DNA of 64,000 nucleotides. Source: Dictyostelium discoideum. Taxonomy: Eukaryota. The notes under the pieces were generated by a model. The model did no database searches. It saw nothing but the letters and a program-made list of their open reading frames with translations, and was not told the origin of the DNA. The position numbers and the translations under genes are program-made. The DNA is taken from assembly GCA_000004695.1 (NCBI GenBank), contig CM000151.3, positions 3,072,001 to 3,136,000 on the forward strand, written 5' to 3'. This document shows positions 1-18,612 of the stretch, piece by piece (positions within the stretch are counted from its first letter, which is position 1; every line of letters begins with the position of its first letter).

Positions 1-79
1 GTGAGATTAGGTAAACTTTATATCTGAAATATTACTAACATTGTAAATAACATCTTTATTTTTTTTTTTAAAAAAATAG

Positions 80-340
80 ACTTTCAACAAACAAGTTGAA
101 CAATCATTTTTACAAGATGGTTCATCATCATTAAATTCAGCCAGCCAACAAGGTAGTGGATCAAGTAGTTCAGGATCAAATGAACCAACTAAACAACATT
201 TCACTTATGTTACTGGTCCAGTCCTTTCTGCTTATTTGATTATCTCAATCTTATTAGCCATTTTATTCACTGGTATTTGTTGTATTTCTGATCTCCAAGT
301 TCCAGATAGATACGAAGCACCAAAGAGCAAAGTACTTTAA
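80..340 (+). CDS. 3'-terminal exon (partial gene; window opens inside an intron, 1..79 beginning GTGAGA and ending ...AAATAG) encoding a Ser/Gly-rich stalk, one C-terminal transmembrane helix and a short tail
   Basis: Frame from 80 reads TFNKQVEQSFLQDGSSSLNSASQQGSGSSSSGSNEPTKQHFTYVTGPVLSAYLIISILLAILFTGICCISDLQVPDRYEAPKSKVL then TAA at 338-340. The hydrophobic 22-mer is a typical type-I membrane-protein TM. Position 1 starts with GT and 78-79 is AG. The overlapping minus ORF 7..204 is less plausible. Confidence 0.45.
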   Translation, partial: TFNKQVEQSFLQDGSSSLNSASQQGSGSSSSGSNEPTKQHFTYVTGPVLSAYLIISILLAILFTGICCISDLQVPDRYEAPKSKVL

Positions 341-577
341 AAAAAAAAAAATAATAAAAAATTAATACCAAATAATTTATAAAACAAATAAAATATGACA
401 TATAATAAAAAATAAAAAATAAACAAAAAAAAAAAAAAAAAAAAGATTAATAAAAAAAAAAAAAAAGATAATAAAAAAAAATCAAACTAAAAAAGTTATA
501 AATAACTTTACTTTTTTTTTTTATTTAAACATAAATAAAAAAAAGAAAAATAGAATTTATAATTATTAAAATTATAA

Positions 578-4565
<3,988 letters not shown>

Positions 4566-4882
4566 TTCTTTTCGTATATATATATGGGGATATACACGCG
4601 TGTTTTTTTAAATTTATTTAATATATACTTTTTTGTTTTTGTTTTTTTTTTTTTTTTTTTTTTTTTAATTATAAAAGTTATTATATTAAAAGTAAAATTA
4701 TTATGACCAATAAATAAATTATCTTTTTATTATAATATAAAATTATAATAATAATTTAACTACGCACCACTTCTTCTCCTTCTTTTTCTATTTATATCCT
4801 TTATTTCCCTCTACTTTATCTTTTGTTAATGTAATATTACAATTATAATAAATATTGCGAAATGTATTGTTTAATTGATTTC

Positions 4883-4920
<38 letters not shown>

Positions 4921-5947
4921 CCTTTTTAATTTGTGCAAAAGTAAAATGTGCGTTTTTTTTTTTTTTTTTTTTTTTTAATTTTTTATTTTCTATTTTAAAT
5001 TAAAATTATAATTAATATTTAAAAAAACATTAAAAAAAAAAAAAATTTGTTAAACAAAAAATTTATATTGCAGAGGAGAGAATATGAAAGAGGTGAATTT
5101 TATACAAAAAAAAAAATACCAAAAAAATAAAAAAAAAATAAAAAAAATTAAAAAAAAAAAAAAAAAAAAAAAAATTTTATTTGCAAATAAAAAAAATAAT
5201 GGAAAAAAAAATAAGATAATGTGGGAAAGTCATTTCGAAAATGAAAAATGAAAAATTTAAAAAAAATAAAAAGGAAATTAAAAAAAGAAAAGGTAAAACA
5301 ACTGGCTTATTTAGATATTCTGGGTGGGTTATATCAAATTAATAACCACACACATACACACACGCACTAGGTTCATAAAAAATAAAATAAAATAAAAAAA
5401 AAATAAAATAAATTAAATAAAAATGGTAATACATGCACCATTTTGTATCTTTAAAAAAATATTAAATAATTGTTAATTATATATAATTTATCTTATTTAC
5501 AAAAAACTTACAATTGCTTTTATTGGTATTACCGTCTTCACCTTTTTAATAAAAAAAAGAAAATGAAAAAAGGAAAAAAAAAACAAAAAAAAAAAAAAAA
5601 AAAAACTCAATCAGATTTATCTATCGCAATTGATAGAGATGGAAATAAAGATTACATGGTTTAGTTTTTATATTTTATTTTATTGTGGGATAAGTGGTTA
5701 ATGGTGCTATATTTATATTAATAATCATTGATTTCAAATAAATCAAAAAGTTAATAAATATTATAATTTTTATTAAAAAATTTTTAAATCTAATGGTGGT
5801 TATAATTGGTTGTAAAATAAATAAATAAAAAAATAAATAAATTTTTTTTTTTTTTTTTTTTTTTCTCCAAACCTTAATTTTATTCTTTTATGACTTTTTA
5901 TTTATTTTTTTATTTATTTGAGTACTATAGTTAAAAGATTATTTTAA

Positions 5948-5978
<31 letters not shown>

Positions 5979-6092
5979 GAAATAAAAATAATATATTTGT
6001 TTTATTCTTTAAACAAATAAATAAATTAAAAAAAATTTTCCAACCACTTTTTTTTCTTTTGTTTAAGATTAAATTTTAGATTTATTCAAAAA

Positions 6093-6347
6093 TCATTCTT
6101 TATTGAAAAGTCTTTTACGATTACTAACCTTTTGTGGTGTTTTTGATATTGGTAAAAAAGTGTCAAAATCAATTTGATTATTATTACCATTTTTATTATT
6201 ATTATCATTATTATTATTATTATCATTAATATTTTTTAAATTATTATTATTATTATTATTTTTATTTTTATTATTATCACCATTATCACCATTATCACCA
6301 TTATTATTATTATTATTATTATTATCATTTTTATTATTAATAATTTG

Positions 6348-6378
<31 letters not shown>

Positions 6379-6750
6379 ATAATTTGATTATTATTTTTTT
6401 TATAATTTAATAAATAATTTTTATAATTTATTAATAATTGATCTTTTAAATTTGGTAATTCAGTGATAATTGTACCAATTAAAGATTCAATTTGATTATC
6501 CCACCAAAATGGAATTTCAATGATTGTGATATTATTATTCTTACAAATTAATCTTTTTTCATTATCACGATTTTGATATATTGTAGAATCACCAAAACGT
6601 GGAACATCCATATAATGTTGTTTACCTTGATATTCAAATGCTAATGATAATTGAGGTATAAAAAAATCTAAATGAAATGAATGATTACTTAATTGTTGAT
6701 ATTTTAAATTTGGATGTCTATAATCTTCAAATATTTCAATATTATTATTA

Positions 6751-6785
<35 letters not shown>

Positions 6786-8328
6786 TTGAATAAATAAATG
6801 ATTTAAATAAATTGATAATAAACGTTGTGATGATTTTTTACCAGGTTGTGAATAAATATGATAATCCCATTTCTCTTCTGGATATAAAATCTCTAAACAA
6901 TTAAATAATCCACCATGTTTTTTAACAAGTTGTGATCCACCAATATATTGAATTTGTGAATTTGAAACTCTATACCAATCTTTAATATCTAAAATATTAT
7001 AATATTCTCCTGCAAATTTAAAAAATTCTCTTAAAGTTTTTAATTCATCTTTAATTTCTTCAATTTTATTATTTTTATTATTATCATTATTATTATCAAC
7101 ATTATTTTTATTATCATTTAATATTGGTAAATTATTAAATTTCCAAACTTTCCAATCATAATCATCTTTAAAAACTTCTATAATCACTTTTGCTGGTGAT
7201 CCATTATATAATAATAATAAAGATGATCCATTATTTTTAACAAAATCATTTTTACCAATACCATACCAATGGTTATATTCTGTGAATCCTATTTGTTTAC
7301 CTAACCATTGTAAATATTGTTTTTGATTTTCAATTGGTTTCCAAAAATTTCTAATAAATAATAAAAAATAATAATAAAAAAATTAATAAATAATTAATAA
7401 ATTAATAAATAATTAATTAATAATAAATTAATAATAAATAAGGTATACCTTGGAGCTGATGTAAATAACCAAGGTTTAAAATTATAATTTGGATAATAAC
7501 TACAAAGAAAACCATAAATTGAATCATTAAATTGTGCAATTATTGGACGACCTTTAAATTTTATAAAATCATTTTTTTGAACTTTATACCATTGTTTAAG
7601 ATATTCATTATCAGTTTCATTTTCATCACTATATCGAAACCTATCAAATTTACGATGAGTTTGATCGAATTTCATATCAGTTGTAAAAGATTGAATAAAA
7701 GAATCAATATTATCTTGATTTAACCAAAAATATTTATTCCTATCAATTGATTTTACCAATTTAACTCTATCCCATTCTTCTTTAGGGTATGCAAATTTTA
7801 ACATCTCATAAAATGAATATTCAAAATTATCTCTAAATATTTGTTGTAATTTTAAAATTGGTTTACTAATTTCACTATTTTTAAGTTCTTTATTCTCTGA
7901 AAATATTTTTGTAATATTAACATTATACCAATCATTTAATTCTATAATATTTAATTCCCTTTATTATTAAAAGTAAAAAAAAATAAAAAAAAAAAAATAA
8001 AAAGAAAAAAGAAAAAAGAAAATTATTAATATTATTTTCTAAAAAAAAATAATAAATAAATAAATAAAAACCTTTGAACAGAAAATATTGTTTCTTTAAT
8101 TTCATCTTCAGTATTTTTAATTATTATTTTATTATTATTATTTGGGGTTAAATTGGTGGGGGTATTTTCAGTTGTTAATATTGTTTCATTGGTATTATTA
8201 TTATTAATAGTAGTAAAAAAATGTTTTTTGTTGAAATTAAAATGTATGGGATGTGGTTGTTTTTGGAATGATGGTATTAAAAGCGTTTTTGGAAGTTTTC
8301 GAAAATTATTATATACTAATCGTATCAT
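6093..8328 (-). CDS. Protein with a C-terminal DUF559 / Vsr-like PD-(D/E)xK nuclease-fold domain. Three exons: 8072..8328, 7449..7958, 6093..7350 (about 675 aa), with Asn-rich low-complexity inserts.
   Basis: The C-terminal exon carries FHLDFFIPQLSLAFEYQGKQHYMDVPRFGDSTIYQNRDNEKRLICKNNNITIIEIPFWW. This matches the DUF559/very-short-patch-repair-like signature (hydrophobic-E-x-D/Q-G-x-x-H ... D-x-x-R-D ... hydrophobic-I-R/E-F/I). Exon joins are supported by phase (CCAAG|GTATAC ... TTATTAG|A and CAAAG|GTTTTT ... AAAG|G). The second donor, GTTTTT, is weak. Confidence 0.55.
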
Positions 8329-8752
8329 ATTATCTTATTATACTAATTTAGATAGGTGTGATATTTGATCATAATAATAAAAAAAAAAATAAAAAAAAAA
8401 ATAAAAAAAAAAATAAAATAAAAATTGTAAAAACTAACGAAATTTTAGAAATTTGTTTTTTTTTTTTATTTATTTTTTTAACCACCCGACAAAACACCAC
8501 AACCAAATGAAATGAAATAAAATAAAATTAAACAAAAAATAAAAAATTGTTTTTTAAATTTTATGGGAAACAATCCTTTTTTAATACACCCATAATATCA
8601 ATATGGGATGAAATTTTTAAAATCTTAGATATGTGAATTTGTACTAAAATATTTTATTGTAAAAACCAATTTTTTTTTTTTTATTTTGGGAAATTTTTTC
8701 AAATGCATTACACAAACCCATACAATTTTCAAGATGTAGATCTGCTTAATAC

Positions 8753-8795
<43 letters not shown>

Positions 8796-9138
8796 ATTAT
8801 AATAATAATAAAATGATAATAAAATAATAAAATAATAAAAATTAATAAAATTTTACCTTAACAATATTTATCCCTCAAATTATTATAATTATTATTTTTT
8901 TTTTTTACATTTAGATTTTTAAGTAAAATTTTTAAGAATTCACAAAAAATAAAAATAAAAATAAAAATAAAAATAAAAATAAAAAAAATAAAAAGAGATA
9001 TAGAAAAAAAGAATATATTGTTAAAAACTTATTCAGAGGTTTATTTCCTCATAGAAGAAAAATATTTGGTTAAAATTTTATTGTTATTTTATTGTAGTGA
9101 GACAATAGCAATAAAATTTATTTTTTATTTTTTATTTT

Positions 9139-9197
<59 letters not shown>

Positions 9198-9708
9198 ATA
9201 TATGATATATGTGATATGTTACACACATAAATATAAATAAAAAAATTGACAATCATATCTACAAATGGGAATAATTATTTTATAATATTATAAATAGTGT
9301 GAGTGTGTTATATAGTGGTTAATAAATGGTGTTTAATAACACCAAAAACAAAAACAACAATAAAAAATTAATATTACTAATAATAATACTCCCATTGAAT
9401 AAATTTATAAATTATAACTACAATAAATGGTTTTCAAATAGTATTCTTTTTTTTTTTTGTGGATTTTATTTATAATGTTTAAATATTAATTTTTTAATTT
9501 TTTAATTTTTTTTTTTTTTTTTGTTTATTTATTTATTGTTTTTTATTGTTTTTTTTTTTTTTACTCTCATCTCATTTGTTGTTTCAATTTCTTTTTGTTT
9601 TTAATCCTTTTATATTTGTTTTGTAGATGGATATACTAAAATATCATGACATTATAATAAAATAAAAATAAAAATAAATAAAAATAATAAATAAAAAGGT
9701 GAATATGG

Positions 9709-9745
<37 letters not shown>

Positions 9746-9784
9746 TTTTATAACACTTTAACAACTCTTTCTAACCACAACTAC

Positions 9785-9838
<54 letters not shown>

Positions 9839-10039
9839 CATTGTTTTGCTGCAGCCAAACTAAACAGCCAACCATTTATTATAACCAACCACTCTTACAA
9901 CCAACCAGTCAATGACTATTATTAAACTATCAAAATTTCAAATACAATTTTAACAACAACAACTACAACAATAACAATAAAAAATATATTATAGAAACAT
10001 ATTTATTTTAATTTAAAGTATTTTTTCTTTACCACCTCC

Positions 10040-10275
10040 TACCAATATAAATTTAACCACATACACACACTCTCTCTCAAACACACTACACACACACACT
10101 CTCTGTCTGTCTCTCTCAAACACACTCACACTTAATTTATATTCGCCATCTTAACTCACTATCACAATTATCATATTTTTATTTTCTTTTTTTTTTATAA
10201 AAAATAATATCAGTGGTGTCTTTGTGTGAATGAGTGTGAATGAGAGAGAGAGAGAGTGTGTGTGTGTTGTTTAAC
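10040..10275. repeat. Imperfect inverted repeat of CA/CT-rich (left arm) and GA/GT-rich (right arm) simple sequence, flanking an ~80-nt AT-rich spacer, inside the 4-kb intergenic region 8329..12341
   Basis: Left arm: ...cacacacactctctctcaaacacactacacacacacactctctgtctgtctctctcaaacacactcacac. Right arm: gtgtgaatgagtgtgaatgagagagagagagagtgtgtgtgtgttg. The right arm is approximately the reverse complement of the left. Confidence 0.7.
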
Positions 10276-10543
10276 TATCATTATTTAGTAGTATTTATAC
10301 CATCTTTTTTAAATAATTTTTAATTAAATCAAAAACCAAAAAAAAAAAAAACCAAAAAAATAAAAAATAAAAAATAAAAAATCAAATTTAAACAATTATA
10401 AATACTAAAAAATAAACCTGAAAAGGAATTATAAAACAGTCGGCTATAAATTTCAAATAGTAACTACCTTTACAGAGTATAAATAATTAAATTATAAAAT
10501 TTATTTATTTTTTATATATTTCATATATTTTATAAATTTATTC

Positions 10544-10574
<31 letters not shown>

Positions 10575-10725
10575 CTTCTTCCATTCACTTTTTTTTTTTT
10601 TTTTTTTTTTTTCCATTTTAATATAAATAATTATAATTATAAAATTTATATGATTAAAAAAGTGTGGTTTGTGTGCTGTGTGTTTGTGTGGTTTTAAATA
10701 ATATAACAATAACAATTATAATAAT

Positions 10726-10799
<74 letters not shown>

Positions 10800-10864
10800 T
10801 TTAGCCTTTGTAATTTTTTAAAAATTACAATCCTCTTTCCCTATAACAATAGATAATAATAAAT

Positions 10865-10899
<35 letters not shown>

Positions 10900-11976
10900 C
10901 ATTTTACAAAATTTCTTTTAAAAATAATAATTTTGATTTTCAACAATTGCGTCAAAATAATTTCATATAAGAAATAATTATAAAAAAAAAAACACATTTG
11001 TTATAATAATAATAAAAATAAATAAAAATAATAAAATAATAATAATAAAAAGTCAATAATAAATTTATTGTTTTTTTTCCATTGTCTTACTAATCTTAGT
11101 GATTGGTAAAAGATCTAATTTCCACATTATTCGCAATTAAAGAACATAATTATATTTTTTCGAATAAATTAGTAATCTCAGAAAGAAAGAAAGAAAGAAA
11201 AAAAAAAAAAAAAAAAAACTTTAGAATCTCACACTTTTTTTTTTTTTTTTTTTCGAGATCTTCATTCAATACCAAAATTATTATTTTTAAATAGTAATAA
11301 ATAAAATAAATTAATAAATTAATAAAATAAATTAATAAAAAAAAAAAATAAAAAAAATAATAAAATAAAAAAAAAAAATAATAATAAAAATAAAAATAAT
11401 AATAATAATAATAAAATTATTCAAATACATAAGCAACCTCCAAGGTTTAAAATTTTTTTATTTATTTATAGTGTGGTAGTAAATAATAACCTTGTATTAA
11501 AATTTTATTTTTTTTTCAATTATTTTATTTATTTATTTTTTTTCATATTTTTCAAATTATTAAAAAAATTATATACCTCAACCATTGTTTTTTTTTATCA
11601 TTACCCTTAAACACTATCAGCAATATAAAACCCACCTATTTTAAAATAAAATAACTATCAATATTTCTGTTGTTGTTGTTGTTGTTATTGTTTTTTTTTT
11701 TTTCCTTAATTCAACAACTTATTTTTTTTTTTTTTTTTTTTTTTTTCGATCAGTTGTTTTTATTTTAAATTAATTTCTAAAATTAATTTTTAAATTAATT
11801 TTTAAAATTAACATTTAAAATAATTTAATTTTTTTTTATTTTTTTTTAATTTTTTTTTTTTTGTTTTTTTCCTTTTGGAAAACAAAAAAGCAAACCAATA
11901 GCAATAATTTGGTTTTATCAGTTTTTTAAAAAAATAAAATATGATTTGATAAAATCCAAATAAAAAACCATAACTA

Positions 11977-12011
<35 letters not shown>

Positions 12012-12287
12012 AGTTGTTGATTTTATTTTATCTATAAACCATTTTTTTCTTTATTTAAGGAAAAATATAAAAACAACCTGTCAAATAAAAAAAAAAAAAA
12101 CAAAAATAAAAAAAATAAAAAAAAAAAAAAAAAAAAAAAGGAGATTAACTAAATCTTTATTTTAAAAAAAAAAAAAAAAAATTTCTTTGTTGTTAAATTA
12201 TTTTTATTTGAAAAACAATTGTAATATTAGAATTAAAATAAAATTTGTATAAATAAATAAATAAATAATTAAAAAATAAAATTTGTA

Positions 12288-12318
<31 letters not shown>

Positions 12319-12341
12319 AACTTTTTTAAAAATATAATTAA

Positions 12342-14507
<2,166 letters not shown>

Positions 14508-14764
14508 AAAATAATTAATTAAATATCCTTACATTATATTGATATTTGGGAAAAAAAAAAAATAAAAAATCAAAAAAAATAAATAAATAAAAAAACAAAT
14601 ATATATGTATATATAAATACACATATGTAAAATCTAATTTTAAAATTTATGAGGATTTTATTTGTATAAAAAAATAAAAAAAAATAAAAAAAATTATTAT
14701 TATTATTATTATTAAAAAAAAAATTAAAAAAATTAAAAATCAATATATATAATTATTATTATTC

Positions 14765-16337
14765 CTAATCTTGTTTACTTGAATAATATTTAGTTTTTGA
14801 ATAGTCAACCTTATTCTTTAACAATACACCTTTTAATTGTTGTGCAATATTTTCATCACCTTTTCTTACATTAAAATCTTGAGATTGATCAAAATATTGA
14901 ACTGCTTTAAATTTAGGTAATTTGATAAATGGTGATACATTTTTAGTAAAATTTGAAAATTGTGCTTCTTTAATATTTAATTGTGAAATTTCATTTAAAT
15001 CATCATTATTATTATTATCATCAGTTGGTATTGTAATTTGTTTTTTTGAATGATTTTCATTAATTTCTAAATCATTTTTAACACCAATTTGTCTTAACCA
15101 TTTTGATTCAGATATTGATTGAGTATTTACAAAAGAAGCAATGAAACCACCAGGATTTAATAATGGTATTGCCAATTGTAATAAATCTCTATAACAATCT
15201 TTACTTGTAAATATACCAAAACCATTACCTTTTGTACGAGGTGGTGGATCCAAAACGATTACATCAAATCTTGTGGATTTAGATTTTAAATAATCCAATT
15301 GTGTGAAAACATCTTTTTGAGAGAATTTATGATAATTTGTATCTAAACCATTCAATTTAAAATTTCTATCTGCAAATTTAAAGTTTTTAATTGACTCATC
15401 AATATTATAAGTTTGAATTTTATGACCATTGACACAAGGTGCAATTGAAAATGAACAAGTATGTGCAAATAAATTTAGAATTGAACCACCATTTCTACCT
15501 TTGAAAAGGTTTGATATAATTTGTCTATTATCTCTATGTTCTAAATAAAATCCTGTTGATTTTAAATCCAATAAATCTATATAAGATTTCATACCATTCT
15601 CTTCAATTATCAATGTTGTTTGATTGGCTTCATCTAATTCATAACCTTTTCCTAAATAAAGTTTAGACATTTGTTGATCTTTTGTACTAATTTTCCAATA
15701 TATTCCTTTTTTACCAGTTTCATTTAATAAATATTCTGATATATATCTAACATGAGGATGCCAATGATCTGAAAGTGTCTAATAAATTTGTATTAATATA
15801 TGTATATAAAATAAATTAAAAAAAAAAAAAATAGGAAATAATAATAATAATTACAGTAATTTGTAAATAATCAGCAAAAACATCAACTGTTAATCCTGAT
15901 AAACCATCTGAACCATCATTAACTAATCTATATGCTGACTTTGGTCCAATATCAATAATTTTATCATTTGAAAGTTTTTCTCTAAGTTCCATCGCTTTTT
16001 TTAATGAATTTCTATTTTTGTTTTAAAAAAAAAAAAAAAAAAAAAAAAATTAGTATAAGATATAATTGTGAAAATAATATTATTGATGATTTTTAACATA
16101 CTTAATATAATCTCTTGAAAATATTTCATTACAATAGTTCATGATTCTAATAGGGGGTTCAAAGTTTGTATCAATTAAAGCTATACCTTTGGCTGAACCA
16201 TCTTTTAATGTGAAATCAAAATCACAAAATCCATTACTTTTTCTAAAAACTTTTATAAATGATTTACCAAGAGAATATGGTTTGGAATTTAAACTAGTTT
16301 GCAATGATCCCAATAAATTTTTCATTGACCCTGCCAT
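14765..16337 (-). CDS. Class-I SAM-dependent RNA methyltransferase of the bacterial RlmI/YccW type (N-terminal PUA-like domain plus Rossmann MTase). Three exons: 16102..16337, 15855..16011, 14765..15778.
   Basis: The PUA-like N-terminus reads ...KDGSAKGIALIDTNFEPPIRIMNYC... Across exons 2-3, ...RLVNDGSDGLSGLTVDVFADYLQIT | TLSDHW... corresponds to the RlmI 'EGDGLPGLVVDRYGD-LVVQ' block. SAM-MTase motifs follow: LDLKSTGFYLEHRDNRQ (compare RlmI ...GYF-DQR-NR), LNLFAHTCSFSI (motif I-like) and FDVIVLDPPP (motif IV DPPxF-type). Donors GTATGT and GTAATT and acceptors ATAG|A and TTAG|A give consistent phases (2+1, 0+0). Confidence 0.75.
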
Positions 16338-16723
16338 TTTCCTTTTTTATTTGGATTGAAATGAAAAAACGGAAAATGAAAATTGAAAAAAAAAAAAATA
16401 AAAATAAAAATAAAAAAATAAAAAAAATAAAAATAAAAAATTTAAAAATAAATAAAATAAATAGAATTTCATTAGTACATAAAAAAAATAAAGTCCAAAA
16501 CAAATAAAATAATCCAGATTTGATTTCATTTATTTTAATGATTTTTAAAAAAAATAATAAAAATAATAATAAATAAAAAAAAAAAAAAAAGGTAATTATT
16601 AATTATTTATTTATTGAATAAATATTTAAGAAAAGATTTTTTTTTATTTTTTTAAAGTTTCAAATTCTTGGTGTTTAAAAAAAAAAAATTTTGAGAATAA
16701 ATTTACTAAAAAAAGGTTAAAAA

Positions 16724-16763
<40 letters not shown>

Positions 16764-16868
16764 ATTTGTTTTTTTTTTTAAAATTTTTTTAACTTTTTTT
16801 ATTTTTTTTTATTTTTTTCATTAATTATAAAACTCACAAAAAAAAAAAAAAAAAAATCTTTTAAACAA

Positions 16869-17942
16869 ATGAAACCAATAAAAAATAATAAATTTAGTGA
16901 CGATGAATTAAGTAGCAGTAGTAGTAGTAGTGATTTTGGTAGTGATGATGAACCAATAAATGTAAATAATAATAATAATAAAATAAATAATAAAAAAGGC
17001 GGTAAAAATAGTAATTACAATGAACCAATGGAAGAAGATGAAGATGATGAAGAATTAGATATTGGTGATGAAAATTCAACATCAAATAATAATAATAATA
17101 GTGGAGGTAAAAATAAAAATAAAAATGAAGATGAAGATGAAGAATTTAATGAAGATGAAGATGAAGAATTTAATGAAGAAGAAGAGGATTTAGAAGATGA
17201 AGAAGACGATGAAGAAGATGAAGAAATTGAAGGTAATAATAAAAATAATAATAATAATTTAATTGGTACAAGTAGACAAAAAGATATGAAAAGAGGTAGT
17301 GGTGGTGGATTAAATCAAAAACTATTGGCACCAATACCACAAGAAGTTAAAAAGATAAAAGTATTAACAGATGAGATGAAACAAAAAAAGAGTGAAATTG
17401 CATTATATAGAAGAAATAAAAAGATAGAAGAAGATGAAGCGAGTATGAGAGATGTCGTTAATCAATTATTTTATAGAAAAGCTGCTACAAAAGAAACATC
17501 TGCTGAGGATGAAAAAAAGCCCTCAAGACATGTAAGTTTATTTTTATATATATATGTATATTAAAAAAAAAACACTCTGTATTAATTTAATTATTTAAAA
17601 TTTTTAAAGGATTTATTTTTAAAACAAATAAATGGTAAAACAGTTTGTTATAAGGATGATAGTGATAATGGTAAAACTTTATCATATCCGATTGGGCATC
17701 CAATGATTGAACAAATTGAAAAAGATAAAGAAATAAGTAAAAATACAGCAACAGCAACAGCAACAACAACAACAACGACAACAGTTAAAATCAATACACC
17801 AATTAAATGCTCAGTTTTAAATTGTAATAATATTAAAAGATATAATTGTCCAAAAAATAATCTTCCAGTTTGTACATATGAATGTTGGCAAAAAGTAATG
17901 AATACTCCTGTTACTACCACAACAGCAACAAATCTACAATAA
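16869..17942 (+). CDS. Acidic (D/E-rich) nuclear-type protein with a C-terminal HIT-like zinc finger. Two exons: 16869..17531, 17610..17942.
   Basis: Exon 1 is Ser/Asp/Glu-rich (EDEDDEELD..., EEDEEDDEEDEE). The donor is CAT|GTAAGT at 17532, the acceptor AAAG|G at 17609, phase 0. Exon 2 ends ...KCSVLNCNNIKRYNCPKNNLPVCTYECWQKV... The C-x4-C-x7-Y-x-C-x7-C-x3-C spacing is typical of zf-HIT (ZNHIT1/Vps71- or INO80B-like), but the family assignment is tentative. Confidence 0.55.
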
Positions 17943-18094
17943 AATAAAAATAAAAATAAAAAAATTTTAAATAAAATGATAATATAAAATGAGAATTCTC
18001 TATAAACATAAATTTTTTTTTTTTTGATTTAAAGATTATTTAAATTTACAAAATCTTGTTTTTTTATTTTTATTTTCTTTTCTTTTTCTATTTT

Positions 18095-18328
18095 TTAAAG
18101 ACCATATTCAAAATCAATGAAACATTGATGAATATCATTCATATCACTCATTACAAATGGTCCATATTTAAATATTGGTTCTTGAATTTGTTTTGATGAA
18201 AAGAATAAAAGTCTTGAATTTGATTTAGATGTTATTGAAACTCTATTAAAGGTACAATTTTCATTATCTATATCTATATTATCACTACCACCACTATTAT
18301 TATTTATATTACTATTATTATTTGTACA

Positions 18329-18361
<33 letters not shown>

Positions 18362-18545
18362 TGATTTTCTATTAAATACAATAAGTTTTCCAGGACCAAT
18401 AGGTTTTGAATTATTTATTGAAACTGGACCATCTAAAACCAATAAAAATGAACCAAATGTTTCATTTATATCAATTTCAAATGGAGTAGTAGATTCTTTT
18501 TTACAAGTATATTCTTCATTATTTTCACCATTATTATCATTAGTA

Positions 18546-18612
<67 letters not shown>

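Noticed and set aside
7-204. Minus-strand 65-aa ORF at the window start
   Set aside because: It overlaps a better-supported plus-strand terminal exon (80..340) that has an acceptor site, a clean TM segment and a stop. The minus ORF has no splice or motif support.
16294-16529. Three overlapping Phe/Lys-rich ORFs
   Set aside because: They lie in the A/T homopolymer promoter spacer between two divergent genes. The composition is pure simple sequence, with no start context or conservation.
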